Shown here: positions 1-9,359 of the stretch, piece after piece
Layout of the letters: every line of letters begins with the position of its first letter
Position numbering within the stretch: position 1 is the first letter of the stretch
NCBI GenBank assembly: GCA_963802505.1
Contig: CAWDJB010000003.1
Span: 413,938 to 477,937 of the forward strand
Direction of reading: 5' to 3'
DNA from: an uncultured Acidimicrobiales bacterium
Lineage (GTDB): Bacteria > Actinomycetota > Acidimicrobiia > Acidimicrobiales > DATKAS01
DNA: 64,000 nucleotides
Notes under the pieces: generated by a model
What the model saw: only the letters and a program-made list of their open reading frames with translations
Told to the model about the DNA's origin: nothing
Databases searched by the model: none
Program-made: the position numbers and the translations under genes

Positions 1-204
1 GTCGCGACGATCGCAGAAGCGGCCGGCATCACCGTGATCTCGCCGGCCGGCAAGGTCATCGAGCACGTGGACACCGGCGACTTCCTCACCACGAACATCT
101 GCTTCGGGGGCGACGACTTGCGCACCGCTTACATCACGTGCTCGTCGAGCGGTCGCCTGCTGTCGACGGAGTGGCCTCGTCCGGGGTTGAAGCTCGCCTA
201 CTGA
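1..204 (+). CDS. SMP-30/gluconolactonase/LRE-like protein, C-terminal fragment (5' end outside window)
   Basis: Frame 1 is open from the window edge to TGA 202-204. The translation ...TNICFGGDDLRTAYITCSSSGRLLSTEWPRPGLKLAY resembles the last blade of SMP-30/gluconolactonase-type propellers. By-eye call only. Confidence 0.45.
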   Translation, partial: VATIAEAAGITVISPAGKVIEHVDTGDFLTTNICFGGDDLRTAYITCSSSGRLLSTEWPRPGLKLAY

Positions 205-1319
205 GCCCAGTCCGCGAGCACAGCCTCCACCGACGTCGGGCGGTCTCCCGCCGCCGAACGCACCGTCGCGATGCCGTCCATCGACACGGGGTTGCGGATC
301 ACGTCGAGCGCAACCATGTCGAGGTGACGAACCTGTTCGTCCGCGAACACCTCGTCCATCGCGTACACGGGTCCGCACGGCACGCCGGCTGCGTTGAGGG
401 CCTCGACCCACTCCGCGGTGGTGCGCTGCTTGAGGCGCTCGGCGATGACTTCGTTGAGATCGCGGCGATTCGCGGACCGCTTCTCCGCGCTGTCGAAGCG
501 CGGATCGGCCGGCAGGTCGGGCAGACCGATCGTCTCGCAGAAGCGGCGCAGCAAGCGGCCTGACGGACCGGCGATGTTCACCCAGCCGTCGCTCGACGGG
601 AAGCACCCCATCGGCACGAGCGTCGGGTGGTGATTCCCCTCTTGCGAGGGCACCTCACCGTCGACCGTCCAACGCACGGCCTGGAGGTCCATCATCGAGA
701 TCATCGTCTCGAGCAGCGAGGTGCGCACCCACCGTCCGACGCCGGAGCGCTCGCGTTCGTGGAGCGCGACGAGGATGCCGATCGCGAGGTGCAACCCCGC
801 GGCGAGGTCGCTCACCGGGATGCCCGCCCGCGTCGGCTCCGTGTTCGGGAGACCCGTGACGCTCATCAGCCCGCCCATGCCCTGTGCGATCTGATCGACG
901 CCGCCGCGATCTGCGTACGGCCCGTCCTGCCCGAAGCCCGAGATCGATCCGTACACGAGCCGCGGGTTGCGCGCGTGCAAGACGTCCCAGCCGATGCCGA
1001 GCTTCTGCTTCACGGAGGGACGCATGTTCTCGACGAAGACGTCGGCCTGATCGGTGAGGAGTAGCAGCTGCTCGATCGCGCCCTCTCCCTTCAAGTCGAG
1101 CGCCACCGTTCGCTTGTTGCGGTGAAGGTTGCGCGCATCGCTTCCGCCGACCCCGGCAGGGTCGGCCGGATGCTCGACGCGCACGACGTCCGCGCCCCAG
1201 TCGGCGAGCTGGCGCACGCACTGCGGCCCGGCGCGGGCGATCGTGAGGTCCACGACCCGGATGTCGTCGAGGGGGAGCGATCCTGTTCCGTCCACCGAAC
1301 CTCCATTCTCCATCCGCAT
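198..1319 (-). CDS. Family III CoA-transferase (CaiB/BaiF/formyl-CoA transferase-like)
   Basis: 373-aa ORF. The N-terminal LDDIRVVDLTIARAGPQCVRQLADWGADVVRVEHP matches the family III CoA-transferase signature region. Divergent from alpha-1 with a 42-nt spacer. Confidence 0.8.
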   Translation of the reverse strand: MRMENGGSVDGTGSLPLDDIRVVDLTIARAGPQCVRQLADWGADVVRVEHPADPAGVGGSDARNLHRNKRTVALDLKGEGAIEQLLLLTDQADVFVENMRPSVKQKLGIGWDVLHARNPRLVYGSISGFGQDGPYADRGGVDQIAQGMGGLMSVTGLPNTEPTRAGIPVSDLAAGLHLAIGILVALHERERSGVGRWVRTSLLETMISMMDLQAVRWTVDGEVPSQEGNHHPTLVPMGCFPSSDGWVNIAGPSGRLLRRFCETIGLPDLPADPRFDSAEKRSANRRDLNEVIAERLKQRTTAEWVEALNAAGVPCGPVYAMDEVFADEQVRHLDMVALDVIRNPVSMDGIATVRSAAGDRPTSVEAVLADWAQ

Positions 1320-1361
1320 CGAGTCCCCGCCGTACTTTGGACCTCGACGAGGAGGTGCACG

Positions 1362-2732
1362 ATGTCATTGACCCTCGACGGCGTCGGCAAGCTGGTCTCG
1401 CTCGAGCGGGGCGAGGTCGATCGGCGGATCTTCAGCGACCCTGACATCTTCGAGCAGGAGCTCGAGCTGATCTTCGGGCGCGCGTGGCAGTTCATGTGCC
1501 ACGAGACGCAGGTCCCGAAGGCGGGTGACTTCTTCGAGGCGCCGATCGGGCGCGACAACGTGCTCGTCGTCCGCCAGAAGGACGGCAGCCTGAAGGGTCT
1601 CCTCAACACCTGCGCCCATCGTGGCAACGCGGTCTGCCGCGCGGAGGAGGGCAACACCAAGGCCTTCATGTGCACCTATCACGGGTGGACCTACGGACTC
1701 GACGGCAGCCTCATCGGCGTCCCAGGGATGTCGGAGCTGTACCACGACGAGCTCGACCGGTCTCAGCACGGGCTCGGCGAGGTCGCGCAGCTCGACACGT
1801 ACAAGGGCTTCGTGTTCGCAACGATGGACCCATCCGCGCCGTCGCTCTTCGACTACCTCGGGACGACCTCGCGGCTCGCGATCGACCTCATGGTGCTGCG
1901 CGGCGACCTCGAGGTCGTGCCCGGCATCCAGAAGTTCGTGATCCCGTGCAACTGGAAGTTCGCAGTCGACAACCTCTTCGATTGGTACCACCCGCAGATC
2001 ACCCACATGTCTGCGAATGGGCTCATCGGCATCATGCCGGCGGAGGAGGGCACCTTCATCGACACGGGTGGCGCGACGACGCCGGACGGCAAGGACATCG
2101 ACAGCGCCGCGGGGCAACGCACGCTCGCGATGGGCTCGATGGTGGTGCTCGGTGAGTACGGCCACGCGATCGGCGGTCCGAACCGTCGAGGGATCGAGCA
2201 GATGCTCGTCGGTCCGATGGCCGCGGTGTTCTCGCAGGACTTCAGAGACACCCCCGAGGCCATCGAGGTGCTCGGCCCCGTCGGCCGCGAGGTCGCGGGA
2301 CACCCGAACATCTTCCCGAATTCGTGGATCACCAACTTGCAGCTGTCGTTGCGCGTGCCGCGCAGCCCGAACGAGACGGAGATCTGGTGGTTCACGTTCG
2401 TGCCGCGGGACATGCCGGCCGAGCATCAGGCGATGGTGATCGGCATGGCGAACCACGTGTTCGGCCCGGCCGGGTTCCTCGAACAGGAGGACGGCGAGAA
2501 CTGGGCGCAGAGCACGATGCAGACCGCCGGCTATCGCAGCAAGCAGATGCCGCACGCGCTCAGGATGAACCTCGGGAACGGCAAGGTGCTGAAGGAGCAC
2601 GGCCTCGCCCACATCGACGGGAACACCACCGAGCACGCACAGCTGTGGACGTACGCATCGTGGGAGCAATGGATGTCGGGTTGTAGCTGGGACGAGCTGC
2701 GGGCGCGCACGACGCCGCCCGACGTGATGTGA
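1362..2732 (+). CDS. Rieske non-heme-iron ring-hydroxylating oxygenase, alpha subunit (alpha-1, type A)
   Basis: Start moved from track ORF 1122 to ATG 1362, with GGAGG at 1351-1355. Rieske motif CAH-x17-CTYH and mononuclear-iron motif NWKFAVDNLFDWYHPQITH are present. A beta subunit follows 10 nt downstream. Confidence 0.9.
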   Translation: MSLTLDGVGKLVSLERGEVDRRIFSDPDIFEQELELIFGRAWQFMCHETQVPKAGDFFEAPIGRDNVLVVRQKDGSLKGLLNTCAHRGNAVCRAEEGNTKAFMCTYHGWTYGLDGSLIGVPGMSELYHDELDRSQHGLGEVAQLDTYKGFVFATMDPSAPSLFDYLGTTSRLAIDLMVLRGDLEVVPGIQKFVIPCNWKFAVDNLFDWYHPQITHMSANGLIGIMPAEEGTFIDTGGATTPDGKDIDSAAGQRTLAMGSMVVLGEYGHAIGGPNRRGIEQMLVGPMAAVFSQDFRDTPEAIEVLGPVGREVAGHPNIFPNSWITNLQLSLRVPRSPNETEIWWFTFVPRDMPAEHQAMVIGMANHVFGPAGFLEQEDGENWAQSTMQTAGYRSKQMPHALRMNLGNGKVLKEHGLAHIDGNTTEHAQLWTYASWEQWMSGCSWDELRARTTPPDVM

Positions 2733-2742
2733 GGGAGGCGAC

Positions 2743-3285
2743 ATGGCCATCGACGAGATGAAGATGACCGAGGACGTGCAGGATCAGATGCAGGTCCACT
2801 TCGAGGTCGAGCGCTTCTACTTCCAGGAGGCCAACCTCCTCGACGACCGTCTGTTCGAGGAGTGGGTCGCGCTGTTCAGCGACGACGCGCACTACTTCAT
2901 GCCCATCCGCCGCACTCGGTCGAAGCGCGAGCTCGACAAGGAGTTCACGCAGCCCGGTCAGATGGCGTTCTTCGACGACACGAAGATGCTGCTCGAAGCG
3001 CGCGTGAAGAAGATCCTGTCGGGCACCGCGTGGGCGGAGGATCCGCCGTCGCGAACCCGCCACGTCATCACGAACATCATCGTGACCGAGGATCGTGGCG
3101 ACGAGCTCGACGCCCGTTCCAACTTCATCCTGTACCGCACGCGGCTCAAGTCCGAGGAGCTCACGTGGATCGGCTCGCGACGCGACGTGCTGCGCCGCAA
3201 CGGCTCGTCGTTCCTGATCGCGAAGCGTCACATCTTCCTGGAGCAGACGCTTCTGCTCTCGCAGAACCTCAGCAACTTCTTCTGA
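2743..3285 (+). CDS. Ring-hydroxylating oxygenase beta subunit (beta-1, type A, NTF2-like fold)
   Basis: 180 aa. Family hallmarks seen: [38 protein letters not shown] and the C-terminal LSNFF. Immediately follows alpha-1. Confidence 0.85.
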   Translation: MAIDEMKMTEDVQDQMQVHFEVERFYFQEANLLDDRLFEEWVALFSDDAHYFMPIRRTRSKRELDKEFTQPGQMAFFDDTKMLLEARVKKILSGTAWAEDPPSRTRHVITNIIVTEDRGDELDARSNFILYRTRLKSEELTWIGSRRDVLRRNGSSFLIAKRHIFLEQTLLLSQNLSNFF

Positions 3286-4233
3286 TCAGCCGTTCAGGAA
3301 GTCGATGATCACCTGGGAGTACTCGTCGGGCTTCTCCCACTGGGGCCAGTGGCCGGCGTCGGCGAACTCGTAGAACTTGGCGCCGATGATGTCGGCGCAG
3401 TACTCGCCGTACTCAGGACCCTGACCGGGGTTGTGGTCGCCCCACAGCACGAGCGCCTCAGGCTTCCAGCTGTTGCGGACGTCGTCCTCGGGCCGGGCGT
3501 TCGCGAGCATCGACATGAAGTCGGGCGGAGGCTGACCGACGCCGAAGACCTGGCGCATCGCCCGATTGATCTCGGGCTCCTGATACAGCCGCTGGCGAAG
3601 CAGCACCATCTCGGGCGTGATGCGATCGGGCACCTTGACGAGCCAGTGGAGCCGCTTCGCGACGTTCTCGTAGCTCGGGTCGGTCACGGCGGCGACGGAG
3701 AGCGGGAAGAGGTCTTGCATCGGCGGCCCGGGTGACGGCGCGAAGTCCATCATCGGACGATCCGTCTTCACCATGCCGAAGCCGTTGAGGATGATCTTCC
3801 CGGCGCGCTCCGGGTACTTCAGACCGAACTCGGTGCCGATCATGGCGCCCATCGACTCGCCCTCGAAGTGCGCCCACTCGTACCCGAGCGCCTCGATGAG
3901 ATCGACGACCCCGTCGACCTGGTTCACGGCCATCTCGGCGCGGTCCTTCATGTCGGGCTTCGAGCTGAACCCGTGGTAGAGCGCGTCGACCGCGTACACG
4001 TGGTAGCCCGCGGCCGCGATCGCCGGGAGCGTCCGGGCGTAGGTCTCCGCGTGGCCCCCGATCCCGTGGTACATGAGCAGCGGGGGGCCGTCGCCCTTGT
4101 GGATCACGTGGTGGTTCCACCGCTCGCCTTTGACGACCACGGACTCGGCGCCGAGGAACTCGACGGCGATCGGCGCCCAATCCTCGAGCGGTCGCTCGTT
4201 GATCGGCTTCGACAGCTTCAGCTTCTGGGCCAT
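3286..4233 (-). CDS. Alpha/beta-fold hydrolase, meta-cleavage-product (C-C bond) hydrolase-like (H1a)
   Basis: HGIGGHAETY oxyanion region, GESMGA nucleophile elbow and C-terminal AGHWPQWE catalytic-His region. Met14 of the track ORF (4233) is chosen as the start. Paralogue of 42911-43858. Confidence 0.75.
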   Translation of the reverse strand: MAQKLKLSKPINERPLEDWAPIAVEFLGAESVVVKGERWNHHVIHKGDGPPLLMYHGIGGHAETYARTLPAIAAAGYHVYAVDALYHGFSSKPDMKDRAEMAVNQVDGVVDLIEALGYEWAHFEGESMGAMIGTEFGLKYPERAGKIILNGFGMVKTDRPMMDFAPSPGPPMQDLFPLSVAAVTDPSYENVAKRLHWLVKVPDRITPEMVLLRQRLYQEPEINRAMRQVFGVGQPPPDFMSMLANARPEDDVRNSWKPEALVLWGDHNPGQGPEYGEYCADIIGAKFYEFADAGHWPQWEKPDEYSQVIIDFLNG

Positions 4234-4310
4234 GACTCGAGTTGACAACGCGGCCGCATGCGGGGCCACCACGCTGTTCCGCGCGGCAGCACACGAGTGG
4301 CGCGGCGTGT

Positions 4311-4958
4311 TCAGAGGAGGGCGTCGATCATCGCGTCGACGATGAACCGACTGAACCGGGCGGGAGTCCAGCCGCGACGAAGGACAAGGAGCTCGTACAG
4401 CTCGGGTGCGCTGTAGGTCCAGAGCACATCAGCCGCGCGCGCGACGGTGATCCCAGCACGGAGGTGACCGGCGCGTCCGAGCCGGCGAGCGTTGTCCGTC
4501 ATGCGGCGCAGCCGGTCTTCGTCCATCTCCTCGAGCAGTGTCGCGACCTCAGGGTCACTTGCTGCAGCGGCCCGGATGAGCAGGAGGATCGGAGCGACGC
4601 GGGGGGCGACCTCCAGAGTCAGGGCACCCCACGCCTCGATGATCGTTCGACCATCGAGCTCGCGCGCCTGGAGCTCGTCGGATCTCTGCTCGGCAGGCAC
4701 CGGTCCTTCGCCTTCGAGCGCCCGTGCGCGGATGGCCCTGACTAGGCCGGGCTTGCCGCCGAAGGTCTTGTACACGGTGTCGGCAGAGACCGCCGCGTCG
4801 TCGGCGATGGCGGCGATCGTCGTCGGGCCGTACCCATCGCGGAGGAATCGCCGTTCGGCCCCGTCGATGATCCTCTCGCGGGTCTGGCGCGCCTGCTCCC
4901 GACGGCGAGCGGAGTCATACGGCCGCTTCTGCTTGACGGCGCCGCGGTGTTCGCCCAT
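4311..4958 (-). CDS. TetR-family transcriptional regulator
   Basis: 215 aa. N-terminal HTH region RERIIDGAERRFLRDGYGPTTIAAIADDAAVSADTVYKTFGGK. Divergent from the SnoaL/NmrA pair. Confidence 0.8.
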   Translation of the reverse strand: MGEHRGAVKQKRPYDSARRREQARQTRERIIDGAERRFLRDGYGPTTIAAIADDAAVSADTVYKTFGGKPGLVRAIRARALEGEGPVPAEQRSDELQARELDGRTIIEAWGALTLEVAPRVAPILLLIRAAAASDPEVATLLEEMDEDRLRRMTDNARRLGRAGHLRAGITVARAADVLWTYSAPELYELLVLRRGWTPARFSRFIVDAMIDALL

Positions 4959-5023
4959 AGTGTGATATTGATTCTAGTGAACTGGAATGAACTGTCCAGC
5001 ACCGTCGAGCATCGGAGACCGCA
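4959..5023. promoter_or_regulatory. Divergent promoter/operator region between the TetR gene and the SnoaL-like gene
   Basis: Locally A+T-rich (ATAGTGTGATATTGATTCTAGTGAACTGGAATGAACTG). Direct repeat TGAACTG at 4978-4984 and 4988-4994. Short inverted repeat CTGGA-N8-TCCAG. Confidence 0.4.
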
Positions 5024-5431
5024 ATGGATGGACCACAGGCGATGGTCGAGCGGCTTCTGCGAGCGACGAACGGCCACGACGTCGAGGGCGTGGTCGCGTG
5101 CTTCGCCGAGGACTACGAGAACGAGACGCCGCTGCATCCAGCGCGGGGCTTTCGCGGCCGCGAGCAGGTCCGCCGAAACTGGACGCAGATCTTCGCCTTC
5201 GTGCCTGACCTCAACGCGCGACTGGTGCGATCGACGTGCGACGCCGACACCGCGTGGACCGAGTGGGAGATGACCGGTACGCGCCGCGATGGCACTCCCC
5301 ACTTGATGCGCGGCGTCATCGTGTTCGGCGTGGACGACGGCGTCGCGCGCTGGGCCCGCTTCTATCTCGAACCCGTCGTCGACGACGCCGACACGGTCGA
5401 CGACGCGGTGCGACAGCAGGTCGTCCGATGA
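5024..5431 (+). CDS. SnoaL/NTF2-like small protein
   Basis: 135 aa. The general pattern (VACFAEDYENE..., WTEWEMTGT...) is typical of NTF2-like/SnoaL polyketide-cyclase-like proteins. Stop overlaps the next start (ATGA). Confidence 0.55.
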   Translation: MDGPQAMVERLLRATNGHDVEGVVACFAEDYENETPLHPARGFRGREQVRRNWTQIFAFVPDLNARLVRSTCDADTAWTEWEMTGTRRDGTPHLMRGVIVFGVDDGVARWARFYLEPVVDDADTVDDAVRQQVVR

Positions 5432-6291
5432 TCCTCGTCGCTGGCGGAAGCGGTCGTCTCGGCACGCTCGTCGTGAAGCGGCTCGCCGCCCGCGGTCTCG
5501 ACGTACGCGTCCTGACTCGCGATCCGAGCCGAACGCGCCACCTCGGCGACGCCGCGATCGACATCGTCGAGGGAGACGTGCGCAACCGTGCGAGCCTCGA
5601 ACGAGCGGTGGAAGGGGTCAGCGTCGTCGTGTCTGCGGTCCACGGGTTCGCGGGCCCTGGCCGAGTCACTCCTGCGTCAGTCGATCGTGACGGCAACGCG
5701 AACCTCGTAGACGCGGCGGCCCGTACCGGAGCCGACGTCGTGCTGCTGTCAGTCGTCGGCGCGGCCGAGGACCATCCGATGGAGCTGTTTCGCGCCAAGC
5801 ACGACGCAGAGGTGCATCTGCGGGCGAGCTCGGTGCAGTGGACCATCGTGCGCGCGACAGCCTTCGTCGAGCTCTGGGCCGACATCATGCGAAAGCCGAT
5901 CGTGTTCGGACGGGGCACGAACCCCATCAACTTCGTGTCGGTCCACGACGTGGCCGGCGCGGTCGTGCAAGCCGTCGTCGATCCGAGTCTTCGCGGCCAG
6001 GTCCTCGAGATCGGCGGCCCGCAGAACATGACGTTCAACGAGCTCGCCGCGCTCCTCGCGGAGGTGCGGGGACGACCGGCCCGTGTCCGTCACGTGCCGC
6101 GCAGCCTGCTCCGGGCCGTGGCGCCGTTCAGCCGACAGGCGAGCGCGGCGGTCGCGATGGACACGATCGACATGACCTTCGATGCAGTCTCCGCCCGAGG
6201 CCGCTTCGTCGACCTGCCGATGACCGACATGCGAAGCGCACTCGAAATCGCGAGCGGCGTGCCAAGACCAGGCGTGCAGCCCGCCCAGTAG
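5428..6291 (+). CDS. NmrA-like / atypical SDR NAD(P)-binding protein
   Basis: True start ATG 5428 gives MILVAGGSGRLGTLVVKRLAARGLDVRVLTRD (Rossmann GxxGxxG). The upstream part of track ORF 5236 is Arg-rich and non-coding-like. Confidence 0.7.
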   Translation: MILVAGGSGRLGTLVVKRLAARGLDVRVLTRDPSRTRHLGDAAIDIVEGDVRNRASLERAVEGVSVVVSAVHGFAGPGRVTPASVDRDGNANLVDAAARTGADVVLLSVVGAAEDHPMELFRAKHDAEVHLRASSVQWTIVRATAFVELWADIMRKPIVFGRGTNPINFVSVHDVAGAVVQAVVDPSLRGQVLEIGGPQNMTFNELAALLAEVRGRPARVRHVPRSLLRAVAPFSRQASAAVAMDTIDMTFDAVSARGRFVDLPMTDMRSALEIASGVPRPGVQPAQ

Positions 6292-6300
6292 CCTGACCGG

Positions 6301-7549
6301 GTGCCCCGGCAGTTCTATCTCGAGACCTTGGGCTGCCCGAAGAACCAAGTCGACTCCGACAAGATCGTCGGCACGTTGCTCGCGGACGGGATGACCGCGG
6401 CCGACTCGGCAGCCGATGCCGACCTCGTCATCGTGAACACGTGCGCGTTCATCGAAGAGGCCCGGCAGGAGTCGATCGACACGATCCTGTCGCTGTCGGC
6501 CGTGAAGCGTGACGGTGCCCGGGTAGTGGTCACCGGTTGCATGGCCGAGCGCTACGGCGACGAGCTCGCGGCCGCGCTGCCCGAGGTCGACGCCGTCAGC
6601 GGCTTCGGCGTGCCGGTGACTCTCATGACGAAGCCCCGCCCCGTGCCCGCGTTCGATCTCCTCAACTTGCCGCGGCCCCGGGCGTCGGCCCCCTGGGCGT
6701 ACGTGAAGATCGCCGAGGGCTGCGACCGCACCTGTGGCTTCTGCGCGATCCCCAGCTTCCGCGGGCCTCAGCGCAGCCGCACGCCGGAGTCGATCCTCGA
6801 CGAGGTCGAGCAGCTCGGTGCCCAGGAGATCGTGCTCGTGGCGCAGGACCTCGCCTCGTACGGGAAAGACGTCGCTGACCTGGGCGCCGGCTCCATCGTT
6901 CCCCTCGTCGAGAAGGTCGCCGCCGCCGTCCCGTGGGTTCGTCTCCTCTACTTGTATCCCTCTGACCTCTCCGATGGTCTGATCGATGTGATCGCTTCCG
7001 GGCCGGTGCCGTACTTCGACCTGTCCCTGCAGCACGTCTCGAAGCCGCTGCTCCGCCGGATGCGCCGTTGGGGCGACGGCGACCGGTTCCTCCGCCGGAT
7101 CGAAGACATCCGCACCCGCAGGCCCGACTCCGCGTTCCGCACGAACTTCATCGTCGGATATCCCGGCGAGACCGAGGCCGATCACGACCAGCTCCTGGCG
7201 TTCGTCGAGTCCGCGCAGCTCGATTGGTGCGGCTTCTTCGCGTTCTCACGGGAGGAGGGCACCTACGCCGCTGATCTCGATGACCAGGTCGACGGGCGGG
7301 CTCGTCGCCGAGCGGCTCGCCGAGCTGCGCGGCCTGCAAGACGACATCACGGCTCGACGCAGGGAAGCGCTGATCGGCTCGACGATCGAGGTGCTGGTCG
7401 ACGCGGCCGGCGTGGCTCGCAGCCACCGTGAAGCCCCGGAGATCGACGGGATCGTCGAGGTGCCGGCGTCGTTGCCGATCGGGTCGTTCGCGAACGTCAC
7501 GGTCACCGGCGCCATGGGGCCGGACTTGGTCGCAGAGGTCGCGGGGTAG
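6301..7549 (+). pseudogene. rimO: Ribosomal protein S12 methylthiotransferase RimO, reading frame broken by one extra nucleotide near 7292-7297 (possible assembly error)
   Basis: N-terminus FYLETLGCPKNQVDSD and radical-SAM CDRTCGFC lie in frame 1. The TRAM-domain C-terminus (...GLVAERLAELRGLQDDI...APEIDGIVEV) lies in frame 2 (ORF 7280-7549). Total length is 1249 nt, which is 3n+1. Confidence 0.8.
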
Positions 7550-7551
7550 CC

Positions 7552-8109
7552 ATGGCCACGAGCTTCGGCCCCTCGGCACTCGCCACTCCCGCGAACGGCG
7601 TGACCGTCGCTCGTCTGCTCGCCGCGCCCTTCCTGATCGTGATGATCGATGGCAAGGAAGGATCGTGGGCAGCGTTCGTGCTTTGGTTCGCGCTCTGCGC
7701 CACCGACGGAATCGACGGGTTTCTCGCTCGCCGTCATGGCACGACTCGGTCGGGCGCGTTCCTCGATCCGCTCGCGGACAAGGTGCTCGTCATCGGCGCC
7801 ATGTTCGCCTTGGTGAAGCAGGGCGTGTTCTGGTGGCTGCCGGTTGCGCTCATCGCCGCACGTGAGATCGCGATCAGCATGTACCGCAGCATGGCCGGCC
7901 GTCAGGGGATCACGATCCCGGCCCGGCAGGGCGCGAAGGTCAAGACCGTGTGCCAGCAGTTCGCGGTCGGCTTCGCGTTGCTGCCATGGTCGGCCGATGC
8001 GCCGTGGCTGTTCAACGGGTTCCTCTGGGTGGCTGTGGTCCTGACCCTCTTCACCGGCGCGCAGTACCTGCTGGACGCGCGCCGAGTCGCTCGCACACAG
8101 CGCGCGTGA
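7552..8109 (+). CDS. pgsA: CDP-diacylglycerol--glycerol-3-phosphate 3-phosphatidyltransferase
   Basis: 185 aa. CDP-alcohol phosphatidyltransferase motif DGIDGFLARRHGTTRSGAFLDPLADK. Confidence 0.85.
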   Translation: MATSFGPSALATPANGVTVARLLAAPFLIVMIDGKEGSWAAFVLWFALCATDGIDGFLARRHGTTRSGAFLDPLADKVLVIGAMFALVKQGVFWWLPVALIAAREIAISMYRSMAGRQGITIPARQGAKVKTVCQQFAVGFALLPWSADAPWLFNGFLWVAVVLTLFTGAQYLLDARRVARTQRA

Positions 8110-9359
8110 GCCTCCGCTGCGAGGTCGTCGCGGTCGGCACCGAGCTCCTGCTCGGGCAGGTCGTCGACACCAACTCATCGTGGATCGGCGAGCAGCTCGC
8201 CCTCTCGGGGATCGACTCGCACTTCCAGACGAAGGTCGGTGACAACCGCGCTCGAATCGTGGCGGTGCTGCGCCTTGCTCTCGATCGCAGCGACGCGGTG
8301 ATCGTGTGCGGCGGCCTCGGTCCGACGCACGATGACATCACCCGCGAGTGCATCGCCGAGGTCATGGGAGTCGAGCTCGAGCGCCACGACGACATCGCCG
8401 AGCGCATCACCCAGATGTTCTCGAGCCGAGGCAGGCGCATGGCCGAGAACAACCTGCGCCAAGCCGACGTCCCCGCTGGGGCGACGGTCATCCCGCAGGT
8501 CCGGGGCACGGCTCCCGGGCTGGTATGCCCGGTGGGCGACAAGGTCATCTACGCGGTGCCGGGAGTGCCGCACGAGATGAAGGAGATGGTGACGCGGGCG
8601 ATCCTGCCCGACCTGCGTGAACGCTCGGGCGAGACGGCGGTCATCGTGAGTCGCACGCTCCGCACGTGGGGAGAGAGCGAGTCGGGCCTCGCCGAGATCT
8701 TGGCCCCGCTGATCGATCGCCTCGACGAGACCGGCAACCCGACCCTCGCGTTCCTCGCGAGCGGCATCGAAGGCTTGAAGGTGCGGCTCACCGCGAAGGC
8801 CGAGTCACACGACGCGGCGGCGAAGGTGCTCGCCGCCGAAGAGGAGTCCGTGCGAGCCATTCTCGGCTCACTCGTGTTCGGCATCGACGACGAGACGATG
8901 GAGAGCGCGGTGCTCGAGATCCTCCGCGGCCAAGGTCGTTCGCTCGCCCTCGCCGAATCGGTGACGGGCGGCCTCGTTGCCGCGCGACTCACCTCAGTGC
9001 CGGGCGCATCTGACGTGTTCAAGGGTTCGGTCGTGTCGTACGCGACCGAGGTGAAGCAGGACATCCTCGGTGTTCCCGAGGGTCCGGTCGTCAGCGAAGC
9101 CGCGGCAATCGCGATGGCCGAGGGCGCCTGCCGCGTGATGGACGCCGACGTCGGCCTCGCGCTCACCGGTGTCGCGGGCCCCTCGGAGCAGGACGGCCAA
9201 CCGGTCGGCACGCTGTTCGTCGGGTTGTGCATCGACGGCGCCTGCGAGGCGGCGCACCTTCGGCTTCCGGGCGATCGCGACCAGATGCGGCAGTTCGCAG
9301 TGATCTCCTCGCTCAACATGATGCGACTGCGACTGCTCGAGCGGAACGGCGCCGGCTGA
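8106..9359 (+). CDS. cinA: CinA-family protein (MoCF-binding domain plus PncC-like nicotinamide-nucleotide amidase domain)
   Basis: GTG 8106 overlaps the pgsA stop (GTGA). N-terminus VAVGTELLLGQVVDTNS. C-terminal domain has AESVTGGL. Confidence 0.85.
   Translation: MSLRCEVVAVGTELLLGQVVDTNSSWIGEQLALSGIDSHFQTKVGDNRARIVAVLRLALDRSDAVIVCGGLGPTHDDITRECIAEVMGVELERHDDIAERITQMFSSRGRRMAENNLRQADVPAGATVIPQVRGTAPGLVCPVGDKVIYAVPGVPHEMKEMVTRAILPDLRERSGETAVIVSRTLRTWGESESGLAEILAPLIDRLDETGNPTLAFLASGIEGLKVRLTAKAESHDAAAKVLAAEEESVRAILGSLVFGIDDETMESAVLEILRGQGRSLALAESVTGGLVAARLTSVPGASDVFKGSVVSYATEVKQDILGVPEGPVVSEAAAIAMAEGACRVMDADVGLALTGVAGPSEQDGQPVGTLFVGLCIDGACEAAHLRLPGDRDQMRQFAVISSLNMMRLRLLERNGAG

Noticed and set aside
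1365-2750. A 461-aa ORF antisense to alpha-1. Many similar long ORFs are in the track, e.g. 5749-7185(-), 20451-22049(-), 22592-24244(-), 29323-31503(-), 47430-48902(-), 50703-51989(-), 53338-54483(-).
   Set aside because: They are shadow ORFs typical of high-G+C DNA. Their compositions are Arg/Asp/His/Pro-rich and low in complexity, with no recognisable motifs. Each lies opposite or out of frame to a gene with clear family signatures.
3283-3288. Back-to-back stop codons TGATCA of convergent beta-1 and hydrolase H1a with zero spacer. A similar case is CTAG at 60079-60082 for the peroxiredoxin and lexA genes.
   Set aside because: This is a real but trivial result of compact convergent genes. 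No additional signal is associated with it.
7285-7305. Programmed ribosomal frameshifting as an explanation for the rimO, MFS, AKR-2 and alpha-5 frame breaks.
   Set aside because: No slippery heptamers or downstream structures were seen. The shifts go in both directions and mostly sit in G/C homopolymers. Sequencing error or simple mutation is more likely.
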